Of a DNA stretch of 64,000 nucleotides, positions 19,767 to 30,724 are shown one piece after another. Position numbers and translations under genes: made by a program. Position 1 is the stretch's first letter. Each line of letters opens with the position of its first letter. Origin of the DNA: Sulfurospirillaceae bacterium (GTDB lineage: Bacteria > Campylobacterota > Campylobacteria > Campylobacterales > Sulfurospirillaceae); NCBI GenBank assembly GCA_033723415.1, contig JAWVXD010000007.1, positions 32,001 through 96,000 on the forward strand. Direction: 5' to 3'. The notes under the pieces were generated by a model. That model was not told the DNA's origin and ran no database searches. It worked only from the letters and a program-made list of their open reading frames with translations.

Positions 19767-21018
19767 GCTTTTCCTTTTTTGCATTAAAGCCTTCAAGTAT
19801 ACAATTTACCAAAAAGTCACTTGAAGCCGTGACTAGGTCATCTGGCACCTCTTGTCCTGTAGAAAAATAACTCACTGGTTTGTTTATATTGTAGATCAAA
19901 GAAAAAATCGTTCCAAAAACCTTGGTTTCATCAAATTTTGTAAATATCAAAGTATCAATATCAAGAAATTCATAACTCTTATATATCTCTTCCAAATCTT
20001 CGAGTTTATATCCGGCGGAGAGCACTAGGTTTACATCTATTTGAAAATCGCTCTTTCTGATAAATTCATTTAACTTTGCAAGTTTTTGCTTATCATACTG
20101 AGAACTTCCAACTGTATCTATCAAGACGATATCACAGTGACTAAGAGAGTTTAGAGCATCATTGAAATCATTTGGATCAACTACATCTTCTATAGGCAGC
20201 CTCATCATTTTTGCATACTGAAAAAGCTGTTCAACGGCACCTATCCTGTAAGTATCTAGAGTAATAATACCGACTTTACTTCGTTTTTCCATCAAATATG
20301 AATATCTAGCAGCAAGTTTAGCTATAGTCGTAGTTTTCCCTACACCGGTAGGTCCAACGAACATCATGACCTTTTTGACTTTTCTATTTGCAGGAGACTC
20401 TACCCTGACAGGAATTAATTTGCGAAGAAGGACCTGAAAATACCTTTTGATCGTTTCGCTGTTGCTTTTCATGCGTGAGGGCATATGCTCTAAGGTCAGA
20501 TTCATAATATTTTCTAGATGATCTTCTCCCATGCCGCTTTTTTTAGCTAATTTATATATTTCAGCAAATTCGGCAGGAATTTGTAGATTATTTCTATTCG
20601 GTGCTTTTTCTTCCCAAAACATCTCTTGGATCAGCTTTATTTTATCTGCTAACTTTGTTATTTCATCTTTTATGCATGTTATTTCTTCATTTGCTTTTGT
20701 CGAAACTTCTTTTTCTATATTGCTTTTCTGTCCTATATTGTCGTTAGTAACTTTTGCAATTTGTGAGATCTGTTTTGCGGCTTCTGATATATTTGCCAAC
20801 ATATCGTCATTGCTCTTTTGCGTATATTTCTCTTTTGGCGGAATAACTTTTTTTTGGTCCTCTTCCACTCCGACTATTACTTCATAGAGAGATGAAGAGT
20901 TTATAGTTTTTTTTCTGATCTGCTTTGTACTTACCACAAGAGCATTTTCTCCACACTCAGCTTGAGCTTGTTTTAACGCAACTGCAGGAGTTTCACCACT
21001 AAATGTTAGAAATTTCAC
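19744..21018 (-). CDS. flhF: Flagellar SRP-family GTPase FlhF
   Basis: GPTGVGKTTT, DTYRIGA, TKFDET, GQEVPDDL. Confidence 0.97.
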   Translation of the reverse strand: MKFLTFSGETPAVALKQAQAECGENALVVSTKQIRKKTINSSSLYEVIVGVEEDQKKVIPPKEKYTQKSNDDMLANISEAAKQISQIAKVTNDNIGQKSNIEKEVSTKANEEITCIKDEITKLADKIKLIQEMFWEEKAPNRNNLQIPAEFAEIYKLAKKSGMGEDHLENIMNLTLEHMPSRMKSNSETIKRYFQVLLRKLIPVRVESPANRKVKKVMMFVGPTGVGKTTTIAKLAARYSYLMEKRSKVGIITLDTYRIGAVEQLFQYAKMMRLPIEDVVDPNDFNDALNSLSHCDIVLIDTVGSSQYDKQKLAKLNEFIRKSDFQIDVNLVLSAGYKLEDLEEIYKSYEFLDIDTLIFTKFDETKVFGTIFSLIYNINKPVSYFSTGQEVPDDLVTASSDFLVNCILEGFNAKKEKHDEQPGK

Positions 21019-21509
21019 GCTATTTCCTTTTTCACATATTCAAGAGGTATTTTAACACTTAATCTTTCTTCCCACTCTGGATGTGGTATGGTCAACATTT
21101 TTGTATTTATTTTTAAATCATCAAAAAATATTATATCCAAATCTATACTCCTTGGTGCATTTCTAAAACTTCTTTTTCTTTTTTGTCTTTTTTCAATTCG
21201 TAAAAGATTTTTTAATAACTCTTTTGGTGTAAGCGAAGTTTGCAAAACCAAAACAGCATTTAGAAAATCATTTTGTTCTAAATATCCAAATGGAGGATTC
21301 TTTAGGATAGGAGATGTGCACAAGATATGAAATCTTCTATCTTGTAAAAAATATCTTAAAACAGAATCAAATCTCTTAAAAACATTTCCTACATTCCCTC
21401 CTATCCCAACTACTGCTTTATGTTTAAAACAAGTTTTTTTACGATATCTTCTTGGAAAATTTTTGGAAAAATAAAGCGTTAAATCTTGATTTAACTTGAT
21501 CTTTTTCAA
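21015..21509 (-). CDS. folK: 6-hydroxymethyl-7,8-dihydropterin pyrophosphokinase
   Basis: GIGGNVG, FLNAV, PRSIDLDI, IPHP. Confidence 0.95.
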   Translation of the reverse strand: MKKIKLNQDLTLYFSKNFPRRYRKKTCFKHKAVVGIGGNVGNVFKRFDSVLRYFLQDRRFHILCTSPILKNPPFGYLEQNDFLNAVLVLQTSLTPKELLKNLLRIEKRQKRKRSFRNAPRSIDLDIIFFDDLKINTKMLTIPHPEWEERLSVKIPLEYVKKEIA

Positions 21510-22534
21510 CTGATGATCTCAACACTCGTTTCTTTTGCTATAACCGTATCTTCGATACGAACGCCAAATTCTCCCGGTAGATAGATCCCGGGTTCTATGG
21601 TAAAAACCATATTTTCTTCTATGATATCTTTGCTTCTTGCGCCGATTACCGGCAATTCATGAATATCCAAGCCAACGCCGTGTCCTGTTGAGTGGATAAA
21701 GTATTTCCCGTATCCTGCTTTATCTATGACATCACGTCCTGCTTTGTCTATATCACTGGCTTTTACACCGGCTTTTGCCTTCTTTATAGATGCTTCATGA
21801 GCTCTCAAAACCGTATCGTAAACTTTTTGTTTCAGACTATCATTAAACTTCATATTCTTTTCAAATACCATGGACTCTCCGGCTTGGGCGGTTCTTGTTC
21901 GATCAGAACAGTACCTTTTGTATTTGACACCGGCATCCAACAGGATCAATTCACCTTCCTGAAGAATTTTTTCTGAAGGCAGAGCATGAGGTTTTGCCGC
22001 ATTTTCACCTAATGCTACAATAGGTGAAAAACTAAGTTCTAGCTCACCATAGTTTTTAAATATATTTTCTGCTTCGTTAAACAATCTTTTTTCACTCATC
22101 CCAAAACCGTTCTCTCTCACAAAACCGGCAAATCTGTCGAAAGCATCTGCTCCTAATTTTGCTGCAGCTCTTAAAATATCAAGTTCTTCTTTGCTCTTTA
22201 TAATTCTCTTCTGTTGTGAAAAATTCACTTTTTTTGAAAAGTTAATATTTAGCTTTGAACTTAATCTTTCAAATGCATCTACGCTCCATTCAAACGGATC
22301 ATACACGATCGTCTTCACTTTAGAACTTCTGATGATCTTTCGCGCGGCTTTTAAAGGATCTCTTCTGTCCATCTCTATAACTTGGGCGTTTTTTATATAC
22401 TCTTTCGCTTCTGTTACGTATCTGGCATCAGTTAGGAAATAAGCATCATCTCCAAGTCTTAAAAAGATCTCACTATCACATGAGAAGCCGCATTCAAAGT
22501 ATACGGCATTTTCATTTTTTAATATATAATTCAT
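21506..22534 (-). CDS. Xaa-Pro aminopeptidase (M24)
   Basis: YCSDRTRT, HSTGHGVGLDIHE, TIEPGIY..GVRIED. Confidence 0.95.
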   Translation of the reverse strand: MNYILKNENAVYFECGFSCDSEIFLRLGDDAYFLTDARYVTEAKEYIKNAQVIEMDRRDPLKAARKIIRSSKVKTIVYDPFEWSVDAFERLSSKLNINFSKKVNFSQQKRIIKSKEELDILRAAAKLGADAFDRFAGFVRENGFGMSEKRLFNEAENIFKNYGELELSFSPIVALGENAAKPHALPSEKILQEGELILLDAGVKYKRYCSDRTRTAQAGESMVFEKNMKFNDSLKQKVYDTVLRAHEASIKKAKAGVKASDIDKAGRDVIDKAGYGKYFIHSTGHGVGLDIHELPVIGARSKDIIEENMVFTIEPGIYLPGEFGVRIEDTVIAKETSVEIIS

Positions 22535-23013
22535 TAAGCTTTAGCTTGCTCTTCCGCTTGAGCTTTTTGCAATGCTTCCATCTCACCTAACATTTGTAAA
22601 AGAGAGATCATTGCCAAGTGGTAGCCAAACGGTCCAAATCCTGTGATAACACCCGTACTTACTTCAGCAGTCATACTTTTTGCTCTAAATTCTTCTCTTC
22701 TGTGAATGTTACTTATATGCACTTCTATAGTTGGTAATGCAACAGCACTGATAGCATCTCTTATAGCTATTGAGGTATGAGAATAAGCCGCCGGATTAAT
22801 GATTATACCGTCTGCATCACCTAAACACTCTTGGATCTTATCTACTATTTCACCTTCTAAATTTGATTGAAAAAACTCAATCTCAGTACCGTTTTGTTTA
22901 GCAACTGCTTCCATTTGTGCATGGATTTCTTCTAATTTCATAGGTCCATAAATATTTTGCTCTCTATGTCCTAACATATTCAAATTCGGTCCTTGGATTA
23001 CAACAATCTTCAC
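22534..23013 (-). CDS. aroQ: Type II 3-dehydroquinate dehydratase
   Basis: [29 protein letters not shown]. Confidence 0.97.
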   Translation of the reverse strand: MKIVVIQGPNLNMLGHREQNIYGPMKLEEIHAQMEAVAKQNGTEIEFFQSNLEGEIVDKIQECLGDADGIIINPAAYSHTSIAIRDAISAVALPTIEVHISNIHRREEFRAKSMTAEVSTGVITGFGPFGYHLAMISLLQMLGEMEALQKAQAEEQAKA

Positions 23014-23042
23014 ATTTCTTCCTTTGTTTAAAAAATTTCTTT

Positions 23043-23051
23043 ATTATACCA
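23043..23051 (-). promoter_or_regulatory. Extended -10 of the aroQ...fliY operon
   Basis: TGgTATAAT on minus, about 30 nt upstream of aroQ start. Confidence 0.6.
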
Positions 23052-23132
23052 ATAGCAACTAAAAAATTTTATTAAGTGTTTGTTTACCAAGACGAGTTAT
23101 ACTTCTCTTATATAATTTTACAAGGAGTCGAC

Positions 23133-23708
23133 ATGAGCAAAATATTATTTATCGTAGGTGATTTTGTAGAAGATTATGAAGTTATGGTACCTTTTCAAGC
23201 ACTTGGTGCCGTAGGTCATGACGTGGTTGCAGTGTGCCCAGAAAAAAAGGCAGGTGATTTTGTCAGAACTGCTATTCACGACTTTGAAGGTGATCAAACC
23301 TATAGTGAAAAGCCCGGTCATAATTTCACGTTAAATGGAACATTTAGTGAAATAGACGTAAAAAGCTTCGACGCACTTGTAATACCTGGAGGAAGAGCGC
23401 CGGAGTATTTAAGGTTAAATGACAAAGTATTGGAATTTGTGAGACATTTTGCAGATGCGAACAAACCCATAGCAGCTATCTGTCATGGAGCCCAGATACT
23501 TGCGGCTGCAAATCTGCTAAAAGGGAAAACCTGTTCTGCTTATCCTGCCTGTGCTCCGGAAGTGAGAGAAGCCGGTGGAAGTTATAAAGATATTGCAGTA
23601 ACGGATGCCTTTACAGATGGTAACTTGGTCACCGCACCTGCTTGGCCGGCTCATCCTGAGTGGATATCACAATTCTTAAAAGTCTTAGGAACAAAAATAA
23701 CACTCTAG
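23133..23708 (+). CDS. DJ-1/PfpI family protein
   Basis: [26 protein letters not shown] 23133 behind AAGGAG. Confidence 0.93.
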   Translation: MSKILFIVGDFVEDYEVMVPFQALGAVGHDVVAVCPEKKAGDFVRTAIHDFEGDQTYSEKPGHNFTLNGTFSEIDVKSFDALVIPGGRAPEYLRLNDKVLEFVRHFADANKPIAAICHGAQILAAANLLKGKTCSAYPACAPEVREAGGSYKDIAVTDAFTDGNLVTAPAWPAHPEWISQFLKVLGTKITL

Positions 23709-23713
23709 AATAA

Positions 23714-23739
23714 AGGGATTATATAATTATATAATCCCT
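23714..23739. repeat. Perfect 26-bp palindrome AGGGATTATATAATTATATAATCCCT (likely terminator)
   Basis: Self-complementary, directly after the pfpI stop. Confidence 0.75.
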
Positions 23740-23798
23740 AAAAAAATCTCATCTTACATTTATGCTACAATTTTGAAAAATTATATAAGGGTTTTTAC

Positions 23799-25022
23799 TT
23801 GAAAATATTAACAGCTGATTATATTATTACGTGCAATGATAATTTTGATATCATTGAAAATGGTGCCATCTGTTTTGATGAAACTATAATAGAAATAGGA
23901 AAAAGCAAAGATATTATAAATAAATACGGCGATGCAAAATTAATTTGGGCGGGTGAAAACTCTGTAATTCTCCCTGGGCTCATCAACTCTCATGTTCATC
24001 TGGAATTTAGTGCAAATAAAACATCTCTTAAATACGGAGATTTTATCCCCTGGTTAAACAGTGTTATAAGAAACAGAGACGAGATCTTACATAATAGCAC
24101 ACAGGGGTGTATAGAAAATGAGTTGGAGAATATGCTAAAAAGCGGAACTACTACTCTAGGAGAGATCAGCAGCTTTGGGGATGACTTCGATGCTTGCATC
24201 AAAACACCTCAAAAAGTCGTCTATTTTACTGAAATTCTGGGTTCTAGAGCCGATACGGTAGACGTTTTATTTAATGATTTCAAATCAAAGTTACAACAAA
24301 GCGAAGAGTATAGAAGTCCAACTTTTATACCGGCGATTTCTATTCATTCACCTTACTCTACGCACCCAATTCTTGCAAAACACGCCTTAGATATTGCGAG
24401 AGAAAAAGATTACCTAGTCTCTACTCATTTTATGGAAAGTCAAGCAGAGAGAGATTGGTTAGATGATGGTAGCGGTGATTTTATAGAGTTTTTCAACGCA
24501 TTTGCACCAAATGCCAAACCTCTTACAAACAGTCTAGACTATTTGGATCTTTTTCATGATACCAAAACACTATTTACCCACTGCACTAAAGCAGAGCAAA
24601 GAGAGATAGATAGGATAAAAGAACTTGGTGGATATATCACACATTGTCCTGTTTCAAACAGACTTTTAAACTCCGGTAGGTTAGGTATAGAAAATATAGA
24701 CAAAAATATGTTAAACTTAGGAACAGACGGATTAAGTTCAAATATTTCTCTTAGTCTTTGGGATGAAATGAGGATGGCTCTCATGATACATCATCTTGGA
24801 GATCTTGAGAAATTATCAAAACAACTTTTAAAGATGAGCACTATAAATGCAGCAACTGCACTTGGGCTCAATAACGGTGTATTAGATAAAGCAAAAGATG
24901 CAGATATCATAACCATCAAAATGCCAGACAAACTAACATCATGTGATAATCTATGCACCCAATTGATCTTGCATTCTCAAACAGTCGATAAAACTTATAT
25001 TAACGGGAAGGAGATAAAATGA
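23799..25022 (+). CDS. mqnF: Aminodeoxyfutalosine deaminase-like amidohydrolase
   Basis: PGLINSHVHLEF, HSPYS, THFMES, GTDGLSSN; upstream of sppA as in Campylobacterota. Confidence 0.8.
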   Translation: MKILTADYIITCNDNFDIIENGAICFDETIIEIGKSKDIINKYGDAKLIWAGENSVILPGLINSHVHLEFSANKTSLKYGDFIPWLNSVIRNRDEILHNSTQGCIENELENMLKSGTTTLGEISSFGDDFDACIKTPQKVVYFTEILGSRADTVDVLFNDFKSKLQQSEEYRSPTFIPAISIHSPYSTHPILAKHALDIAREKDYLVSTHFMESQAERDWLDDGSGDFIEFFNAFAPNAKPLTNSLDYLDLFHDTKTLFTHCTKAEQREIDRIKELGGYITHCPVSNRLLNSGRLGIENIDKNMLNLGTDGLSSNISLSLWDEMRMALMIHHLGDLEKLSKQLLKMSTINAATALGLNNGVLDKAKDADIITIKMPDKLTSCDNLCTQLILHSQTVDKTYINGKEIK

Positions 25023-25882
25023 TAATTTTCCGATTCATTGGGAAGATCATAGATTATATACAAAATCATTTTAAAGCTATGATCTTTTTACTTTTACTTT
25101 TCATAATATTTTCTCCTTTTGGTACAGAGGACTTACAAAAACCAAACCTTGAAGTCATAAAAATAGAGGGACAGATAGGGGATATTGATAAGATCATGGA
25201 GCAGATAAACGATGCTGCAAGCAATAAATCCATAAAAGGCGTTTTACTAAAAGTCAACTCCCCAGGCGGTGCACTGGCACCTTCTGTTGAACTTTCTTTG
25301 GCCGTAAAAAGACTTGCATCCCTCAAGCCTGTAATCGCTTATGCTAGCGGTAACATGACAAGCGGAAGTTATTACGCTTCGATTTGGGCGAATAAGATCA
25401 TAGCAAATCCAGGATCTTTTATAGGATCTATAGGGGTGTTATTTCAAGCTCCTAACATAGAAGAACTAGCACGTAAACTTGGAATTAAAGAGCAAGTCGT
25501 ATCAGCAGGAGCTTACAAACAAATGGGAACTTTTACAAGAGAATGGACACCCAAAGAAAAAACTGCTATGAGAGAATTGGTAGATGATGCTTATAAAATG
25601 TTTATAAATGATGTCTCAAAAGCAAGGCACTTAGATCCTGCTAGTTATAAAACTTATGCGGATGCAAAAATTTTTATGGCAAGTAAAGCTCAAAAGTTAG
25701 GACTTATAGATGAAGTAGGCTCTTTGTTTAAAGCAAAAAGTGAACTTATAAGATTGTCACAAGTACAAAATCCTATCTGGAAAAGACCATCTCGCAATAT
25801 GGAAGAATTTTTAAACGAACTAAAAACAAACAGTTCTTTTTCGCTAATAAACTTAGGTAGTATGAGTGGAAAATTAAAGTGA
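25019..25882 (+). CDS. sppA: Signal peptide peptidase SppA
   Basis: VNSPGG, SGSYY, GSIGV. Confidence 0.93.
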   Translation: MIIFRFIGKIIDYIQNHFKAMIFLLLLFIIFSPFGTEDLQKPNLEVIKIEGQIGDIDKIMEQINDAASNKSIKGVLLKVNSPGGALAPSVELSLAVKRLASLKPVIAYASGNMTSGSYYASIWANKIIANPGSFIGSIGVLFQAPNIEELARKLGIKEQVVSAGAYKQMGTFTREWTPKEKTAMRELVDDAYKMFINDVSKARHLDPASYKTYADAKIFMASKAQKLGLIDEVGSLFKAKSELIRLSQVQNPIWKRPSRNMEEFLNELKTNSSFSLINLGSMSGKLK

Positions 25883-27060
25883 GAAAATATGCTTTTGCGA
25901 TAATCGCAGGTATATTGGTTTTATTTGCAAGCCTCGGACTTGGAAGATTTGCCTTTGGAATGGTTTTACCAAGCATGCAAACGGATTTGGGTATCAACAT
26001 AACTCAATCCGGTTTTATAGGGACCAGTAATTTTTTAGGCTATCTGGGAGGGCTTCTATTCTCAGGCGCTTTTTACAGTAAATTCGGCGCTCCAAAGCTT
26101 ATAGTCAGATCTCTTTTGACTCAGGGTCTGTTTATGTTCCTTATGACTCTGGGATCAAGCTATATATCCGTCTCATTCTTCTATTTTTTTGCAGGATTTT
26201 TCGGAGCCCTTGCAAATATGTCTATCATGGCTTATATCACTCAAATAGTTCCAAAAGACATAAGAGGAAAAGCCGTAGGAATCCTTACTGTCGGCAATGG
26301 TTCCGCCATCGTCTTCAGCGGCTATATCGTACCTTATATGGAATCTATCTACAAAGCTGCTTCATGGAAAATAACCTGGGGAATATTTGCAGCGATCACT
26401 ATGTTGATAGCTTTTATAATAAGCCCCGGACTCAAACATGACAATCCACATGCAAATGTAAAAGAGAGTGATAATGAACCATACTTTGAGATCTTTAGAG
26501 ATATAAGATTTATACGAATAAGCGGTATCTACTTTTGTTTTGGTATTACCTATGTGGTTTATGTAACATTTTTTGTACTGGCCAGTATGGATAAATGGCA
26601 TATTTCATCTAGTCTCTCAGCTCCATTTTGGATACTACTTGGTTTTCTAAGTATGTTCTCAGGAGCACTTTTCGGGATTTTAGCCGACAAGATCGGCAGA
26701 TGGAAAACACTTAGCGTAGTATTTTTAATACAAAGTATATCCAATCTTATTATGGCATTGGATATGCCATCATCCTATCTTTGGGTTTCAGCATCTTTAT
26801 TTGGGATTTCTGTTTGGGCAACTCCATCTATAATGGCTGTTTTGACTGCAGAGACTTTCGGTATGGAAAAAACTGCAAAAATCTTCAGTAAGATAACTAT
26901 AATTTTTGCATTGGGTCAAATAATTGGTCCTGTGGGAGCAGGTTATCTAACGGACATAACAAAGAATTTTTCTTATGCCTTTGGTGTATCTTCTATTTTG
27001 ACTTTTTTAGCTTTTATCGGTTCATCTTATATTATCTTGAAAAATGACCGATTAATTTAA
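25879..27060 (+). CDS. MFS transporter, YbfB/YjiJ family
   Basis: GLGRFAFGMVLP, NFLGYL, about 12 TMs. Confidence 0.88.
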   Translation: MRKYAFAIIAGILVLFASLGLGRFAFGMVLPSMQTDLGINITQSGFIGTSNFLGYLGGLLFSGAFYSKFGAPKLIVRSLLTQGLFMFLMTLGSSYISVSFFYFFAGFFGALANMSIMAYITQIVPKDIRGKAVGILTVGNGSAIVFSGYIVPYMESIYKAASWKITWGIFAAITMLIAFIISPGLKHDNPHANVKESDNEPYFEIFRDIRFIRISGIYFCFGITYVVYVTFFVLASMDKWHISSSLSAPFWILLGFLSMFSGALFGILADKIGRWKTLSVVFLIQSISNLIMALDMPSSYLWVSASLFGISVWATPSIMAVLTAETFGMEKTAKIFSKITIIFALGQIIGPVGAGYLTDITKNFSYAFGVSSILTFLAFIGSSYIILKNDRLI

Positions 27061-27168
27061 TATATTTAGTTTTTATTAAGAATTTAATTATTCTTTCAAG
27101 CATAATTACATATAATTGACAAAAAGCATCACTGCTATTTTTATCTAATTTCAAAAGGAAGTCTGATC

Positions 27169-28614
27169 ATGATCAAAAAGATTTTGATAGCCAATCGAGG
27201 CGAAATAGCTTTGCGAATAATTCGAGCGTGCAAAGAGTTGAATATAAAAACCGTTTCTATATTTTCTGAGGTTGATATACAAGGTGTATGGCTAAAAAAA
27301 GCTGATGAATGTTACCCGATATTGGGTGATCCGATACGCGCTTATCTTGATTATGAAAAAATAGTGTCATTAGCAAAAAAAGCAGATTGTGATGCTATTC
27401 ATCCGGGATATGGCTTTTTATCTGAAAGTGCTGAATTTGCAGAATACTGTGAAAAAAACGGTATCACATTTATCGGTCCCAAAGCTGAACACATAGCTCT
27501 ATTTGGAGATAAAATCGCCTCTAAACAGGCTATGAGAAGAGTAGGGATTCCTGTATTGCCAGGCACTGATGAGCCTATCAATGATGTCTCCAAAGCTATC
27601 AAAATTGCAGATGAGATAGGTTTTCCTGTTATCATAAAAGCAGCTTTCGGCGGTGGCGGCCGTGGAATGAGAATAGTTCATGAATCAAAAGATTTTAAAA
27701 AGCTATATGAGGCTGCTACAAATGAAGCAAAAAACTTCTTTGGTAAAGGCGATGTTTTTATAGAAAAATACCTTGAAAATCCAAGACATATAGAAGTACA
27801 GATCATAGCTGACAGATATGGAAATGTCGTGCATTTGGGAGAGCGAGATTGCTCAATCCAGAGAAGACATCAAAAAGTCATAGAAGTGGCACCGTCTCCA
27901 AGACTTGATGCAAATACCAGAAAAGAGATATACAGGGCTTCACAAAAAGCAATGTTTAGACTCGGATACGAGAATGTCGGAACACTGGAATATTTAGTAG
28001 ATAAAAATGATAATTTTTATTTTATAGAGATGAATACAAGAGTACAAGTCGAACATCCTATTACAGAAGCTATTAGCGGTATCGACATCGTACAGCGCAT
28101 GATCGAGATTGCAGGTGGAGATAAATTAAGATTCTTGCAAGAAGAGATCACTTTTAGAGGATATGCGATAGAATTTAGGATTAATGCAGAAGATCCTCAA
28201 AAAGGCTTTGCTCCATCTCCTGGTCAGATCACTGAACATCTATCATCCGGTGGACCTGGAGTTAGACTTGATTCTATAGCCTACAAAGGGTATACAATCC
28301 CGCCTCATTATGACTCTATGATAACAAAATTAATCATCTGGAGTTTAGACTGGCAAGGTGCGGTAAATAAAGCAAGAAGAGCCTTGGACGGATTCATTGT
28401 AAGAGGCGTTGCAAGCAACATACCGCTTCATCGTCAAATAGTAAGAGATGAAGATTTTATAAACGGCATATTTGATACAGGATATCTTGACAAAAAACTT
28501 CCGCATTTTAGTTTAGACGCTATAGATGATATGGAGCAAGAAACATTGAAGATGGAAGGTATCTCAAAGATGATCGAGAGCATCAAGAAAAATAATCTAA
28601 CGGTAAGACAATAA
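27169..28614 (+). CDS. pycA: Biotin carboxylase subunit (probably pyruvate carboxylase subunit A)
   Basis: ILIANRGEIA, HPGYGFLSE, GGGGRGMR, EMNTRVQVEH; no accB neighbour; the partner assignment is inferred. Confidence 0.7.
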   Translation: MIKKILIANRGEIALRIIRACKELNIKTVSIFSEVDIQGVWLKKADECYPILGDPIRAYLDYEKIVSLAKKADCDAIHPGYGFLSESAEFAEYCEKNGITFIGPKAEHIALFGDKIASKQAMRRVGIPVLPGTDEPINDVSKAIKIADEIGFPVIIKAAFGGGGRGMRIVHESKDFKKLYEAATNEAKNFFGKGDVFIEKYLENPRHIEVQIIADRYGNVVHLGERDCSIQRRHQKVIEVAPSPRLDANTRKEIYRASQKAMFRLGYENVGTLEYLVDKNDNFYFIEMNTRVQVEHPITEAISGIDIVQRMIEIAGGDKLRFLQEEITFRGYAIEFRINAEDPQKGFAPSPGQITEHLSSGGPGVRLDSIAYKGYTIPPHYDSMITKLIIWSLDWQGAVNKARRALDGFIVRGVASNIPLHRQIVRDEDFINGIFDTGYLDKKLPHFSLDAIDDMEQETLKMEGISKMIESIKKNNLTVRQ

Positions 28615-28628
28615 TATAGAGTATCCCT

Positions 28629-28660
28629 GATAGAGATGTAATGATTTGATCATCTCTATC
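28629..28660. terminator. Hairpin between convergent genes
   Basis: GATAGAGATG...CATCTCTATC. Confidence 0.65.
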
Positions 28661-29924
28661 AAACTTTTTTAGTACTTAAAACTTGTGATTCTATCACTAT
28701 ATGTTTTGTCTGCAATTCAAAAATATCATCTTTTTTCAAAACTTCTGCCTTTATAGTTTTACCATTTTTAACGACTTGTGCAAATGTTTCATTTAATCCA
28801 AGTGTCGGATCTTTTGATAAGAAAGCATTTTTTAAATTATTCAATAATTGCTCATATTTTGTAATATTTTGTTTATATGCAAACGATATATTTTCACTTA
28901 AAACAGTACTTTTTCTCTGTTTGTCTTCAATAATTTGAAATACTTTTGAAACCAGTCTATCTTTTAATATTTTTATCTCACTATCCATGATATGAATTTT
29001 CTGTTCAAAAGAGTATCTTTTAAATTCATTTTTTAGACTCAATAGTTCCATGCTTTTTTGATGAATCAAACGTCTAAATATAGTATTAAATTGATCTGTT
29101 GTTCCATCTATGCCCATCATGATCTCTACACGATCCGGTAAGATCATCTCCATAGCAGCCGATGGAGTTGGAGCCCTTAGATCTGCGACAAAATCACTGA
29201 TAACAAAATCTATCTCATGTCCAACAGCGGAGACAATAGGCGTGTTAGCCTTATAGATAGCATTTGCAACTATTTCTTCGTTAAACCCCCAAAGATCCTC
29301 TATACTTCCTCCTCCTCTTGAAACAACTATGACATCGACACCTAGAGAATCGGCAATAGCGATATTTTTTGCTATGTTGGGTGCAGAATTTTCACCCTGA
29401 ACTACAGTATCTATGATCTTTATCTTCACTAGCGGCCATCTTTTTTGTGCTACTCTAAGCATATCTTGGAGGGCAGCACCCGTACCTGATGTAACTAGAG
29501 CTATAGTTTTTATATATCTTGGTATCTGCTTTTTATTTTCTGGATTAAAATAGCCTAGGTCTTTTAATTTAGTTTTTAGTTGTTCGTATGCTTTTGCCAA
29601 AGCTCCGCTGCCGCTTGGTTCCATGCTGATACAATTTAACTGATAACTTCCTCTGGGAACAAATACTGAAACTGATCCGTGGATTATGACATTCATCCCC
29701 TCTTCTAGACGAAATTTCATCTTGGAATTATTGCCCTTAAACATCACGCATGAGATGGTAGATTTTTCATCTTTTAGTGAGAAATAAAGATGTCCTGAAC
29801 TGTGATAAGTGAATCTAGAAACCTCTCCTTCTACACACACATGTATAAAAGTACTCTCAAGAAGAGACTTTATTTGAGTATTTAGACTACTGACACTTTG
29901 AGTTTGACTAGAGGCATCATTCAT
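28659..29924 (-). CDS. xseA: Exodeoxyribonuclease VII large subunit
   Basis: SGHLYFSLKD, RGGGSIEDLW, GHEID, RAPTPSAA. Confidence 0.96.
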   Translation of the reverse strand: MNDASSQTQSVSSLNTQIKSLLESTFIHVCVEGEVSRFTYHSSGHLYFSLKDEKSTISCVMFKGNNSKMKFRLEEGMNVIIHGSVSVFVPRGSYQLNCISMEPSGSGALAKAYEQLKTKLKDLGYFNPENKKQIPRYIKTIALVTSGTGAALQDMLRVAQKRWPLVKIKIIDTVVQGENSAPNIAKNIAIADSLGVDVIVVSRGGGSIEDLWGFNEEIVANAIYKANTPIVSAVGHEIDFVISDFVADLRAPTPSAAMEMILPDRVEIMMGIDGTTDQFNTIFRRLIHQKSMELLSLKNEFKRYSFEQKIHIMDSEIKILKDRLVSKVFQIIEDKQRKSTVLSENISFAYKQNITKYEQLLNNLKNAFLSKDPTLGLNETFAQVVKNGKTIKAEVLKKDDIFELQTKHIVIESQVLSTKKV

Positions 29925-30652
29925 CTTTTTTTGGCTATCACTAAAGTTGAAATATCCATAGAAAAGCTTTTAGAGAATTCCGTCTCAAAACCTGCAGTAT
30001 CTAGTTCTTTTTGAAGCATAGTAGAAGTTAAAAAACCTTCAATGGAATTTGGCAGATATTCGTAAGCTTCTTTATTTTTAGAGATAAAAGCTCCGATCTT
30101 AGGTAACACTTTATTGAGATAAAAATCTTTTATAGCAAATAGAGAACCTTTTTTGTCATCTTTTGTAAACTCTAAAATTACAACATATCCACCGGGTTTT
30201 ACGACTCTGGCAAACTCTCTAAATGCTTCTTCTCTCTTGACTACATTTCTGATACCGTAACTGATACTCAAGATATCCGCACTCTCATTTTCCAAAGGCA
30301 GATTGGTGGCTTCACTGATAACAAATTCGAATTCCGGAAATTTTTCTTTACCGACTTGCGTCATACCTCTTGATGGGTCAACTCCTAGTATCTTTCCTAC
30401 TTGAATGCCGGAGCTTTGAGCTCTTTTCTTCCAATATCCCATCATATCACCGGTTCCACAGGCAACATCAACTATCAAATCTATAGGTTTTTTATATCTT
30501 GCAAATGTTTCATCACAAGCTTTTTTTCTCCATTGTATGTCTATACCCATGCTCAAAACACGATTCGCTTTATCATAAGTCGGTGCAATATCATCGAACA
30601 TTTTAACTATTTTTTCTTGTTTATCTGTCTCGCCCAAAATAATCCCCTGCAT
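29921..30652 (-). CDS. ubiE: Demethylmenaquinone methyltransferase UbiE/MenG
   Basis: MFDDIAPTYD, DVACGTGD, YGIRNV, YEYLPNSI. Confidence 0.93.
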   Translation of the reverse strand: MQGIILGETDKQEKIVKMFDDIAPTYDKANRVLSMGIDIQWRKKACDETFARYKKPIDLIVDVACGTGDMMGYWKKRAQSSGIQVGKILGVDPSRGMTQVGKEKFPEFEFVISEATNLPLENESADILSISYGIRNVVKREEAFREFARVVKPGGYVVILEFTKDDKKGSLFAIKDFYLNKVLPKIGAFISKNKEAYEYLPNSIEGFLTSTMLQKELDTAGFETEFSKSFSMDISTLVIAKKR

Positions 30653-30724
30653 TTCATTTCAGTAAATTATACCAAATTAAAAATTTTCTGCTATTATACC
30701 CTACAATTTTAATTAGGGGAAATT

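Noticed and set aside
15897..23013. Metabolic genes (aroQ, pepP, folK) co-transcribed with flagellar genes
   Set aside because: This is the normal gene order in Campylobacterota, not novel.
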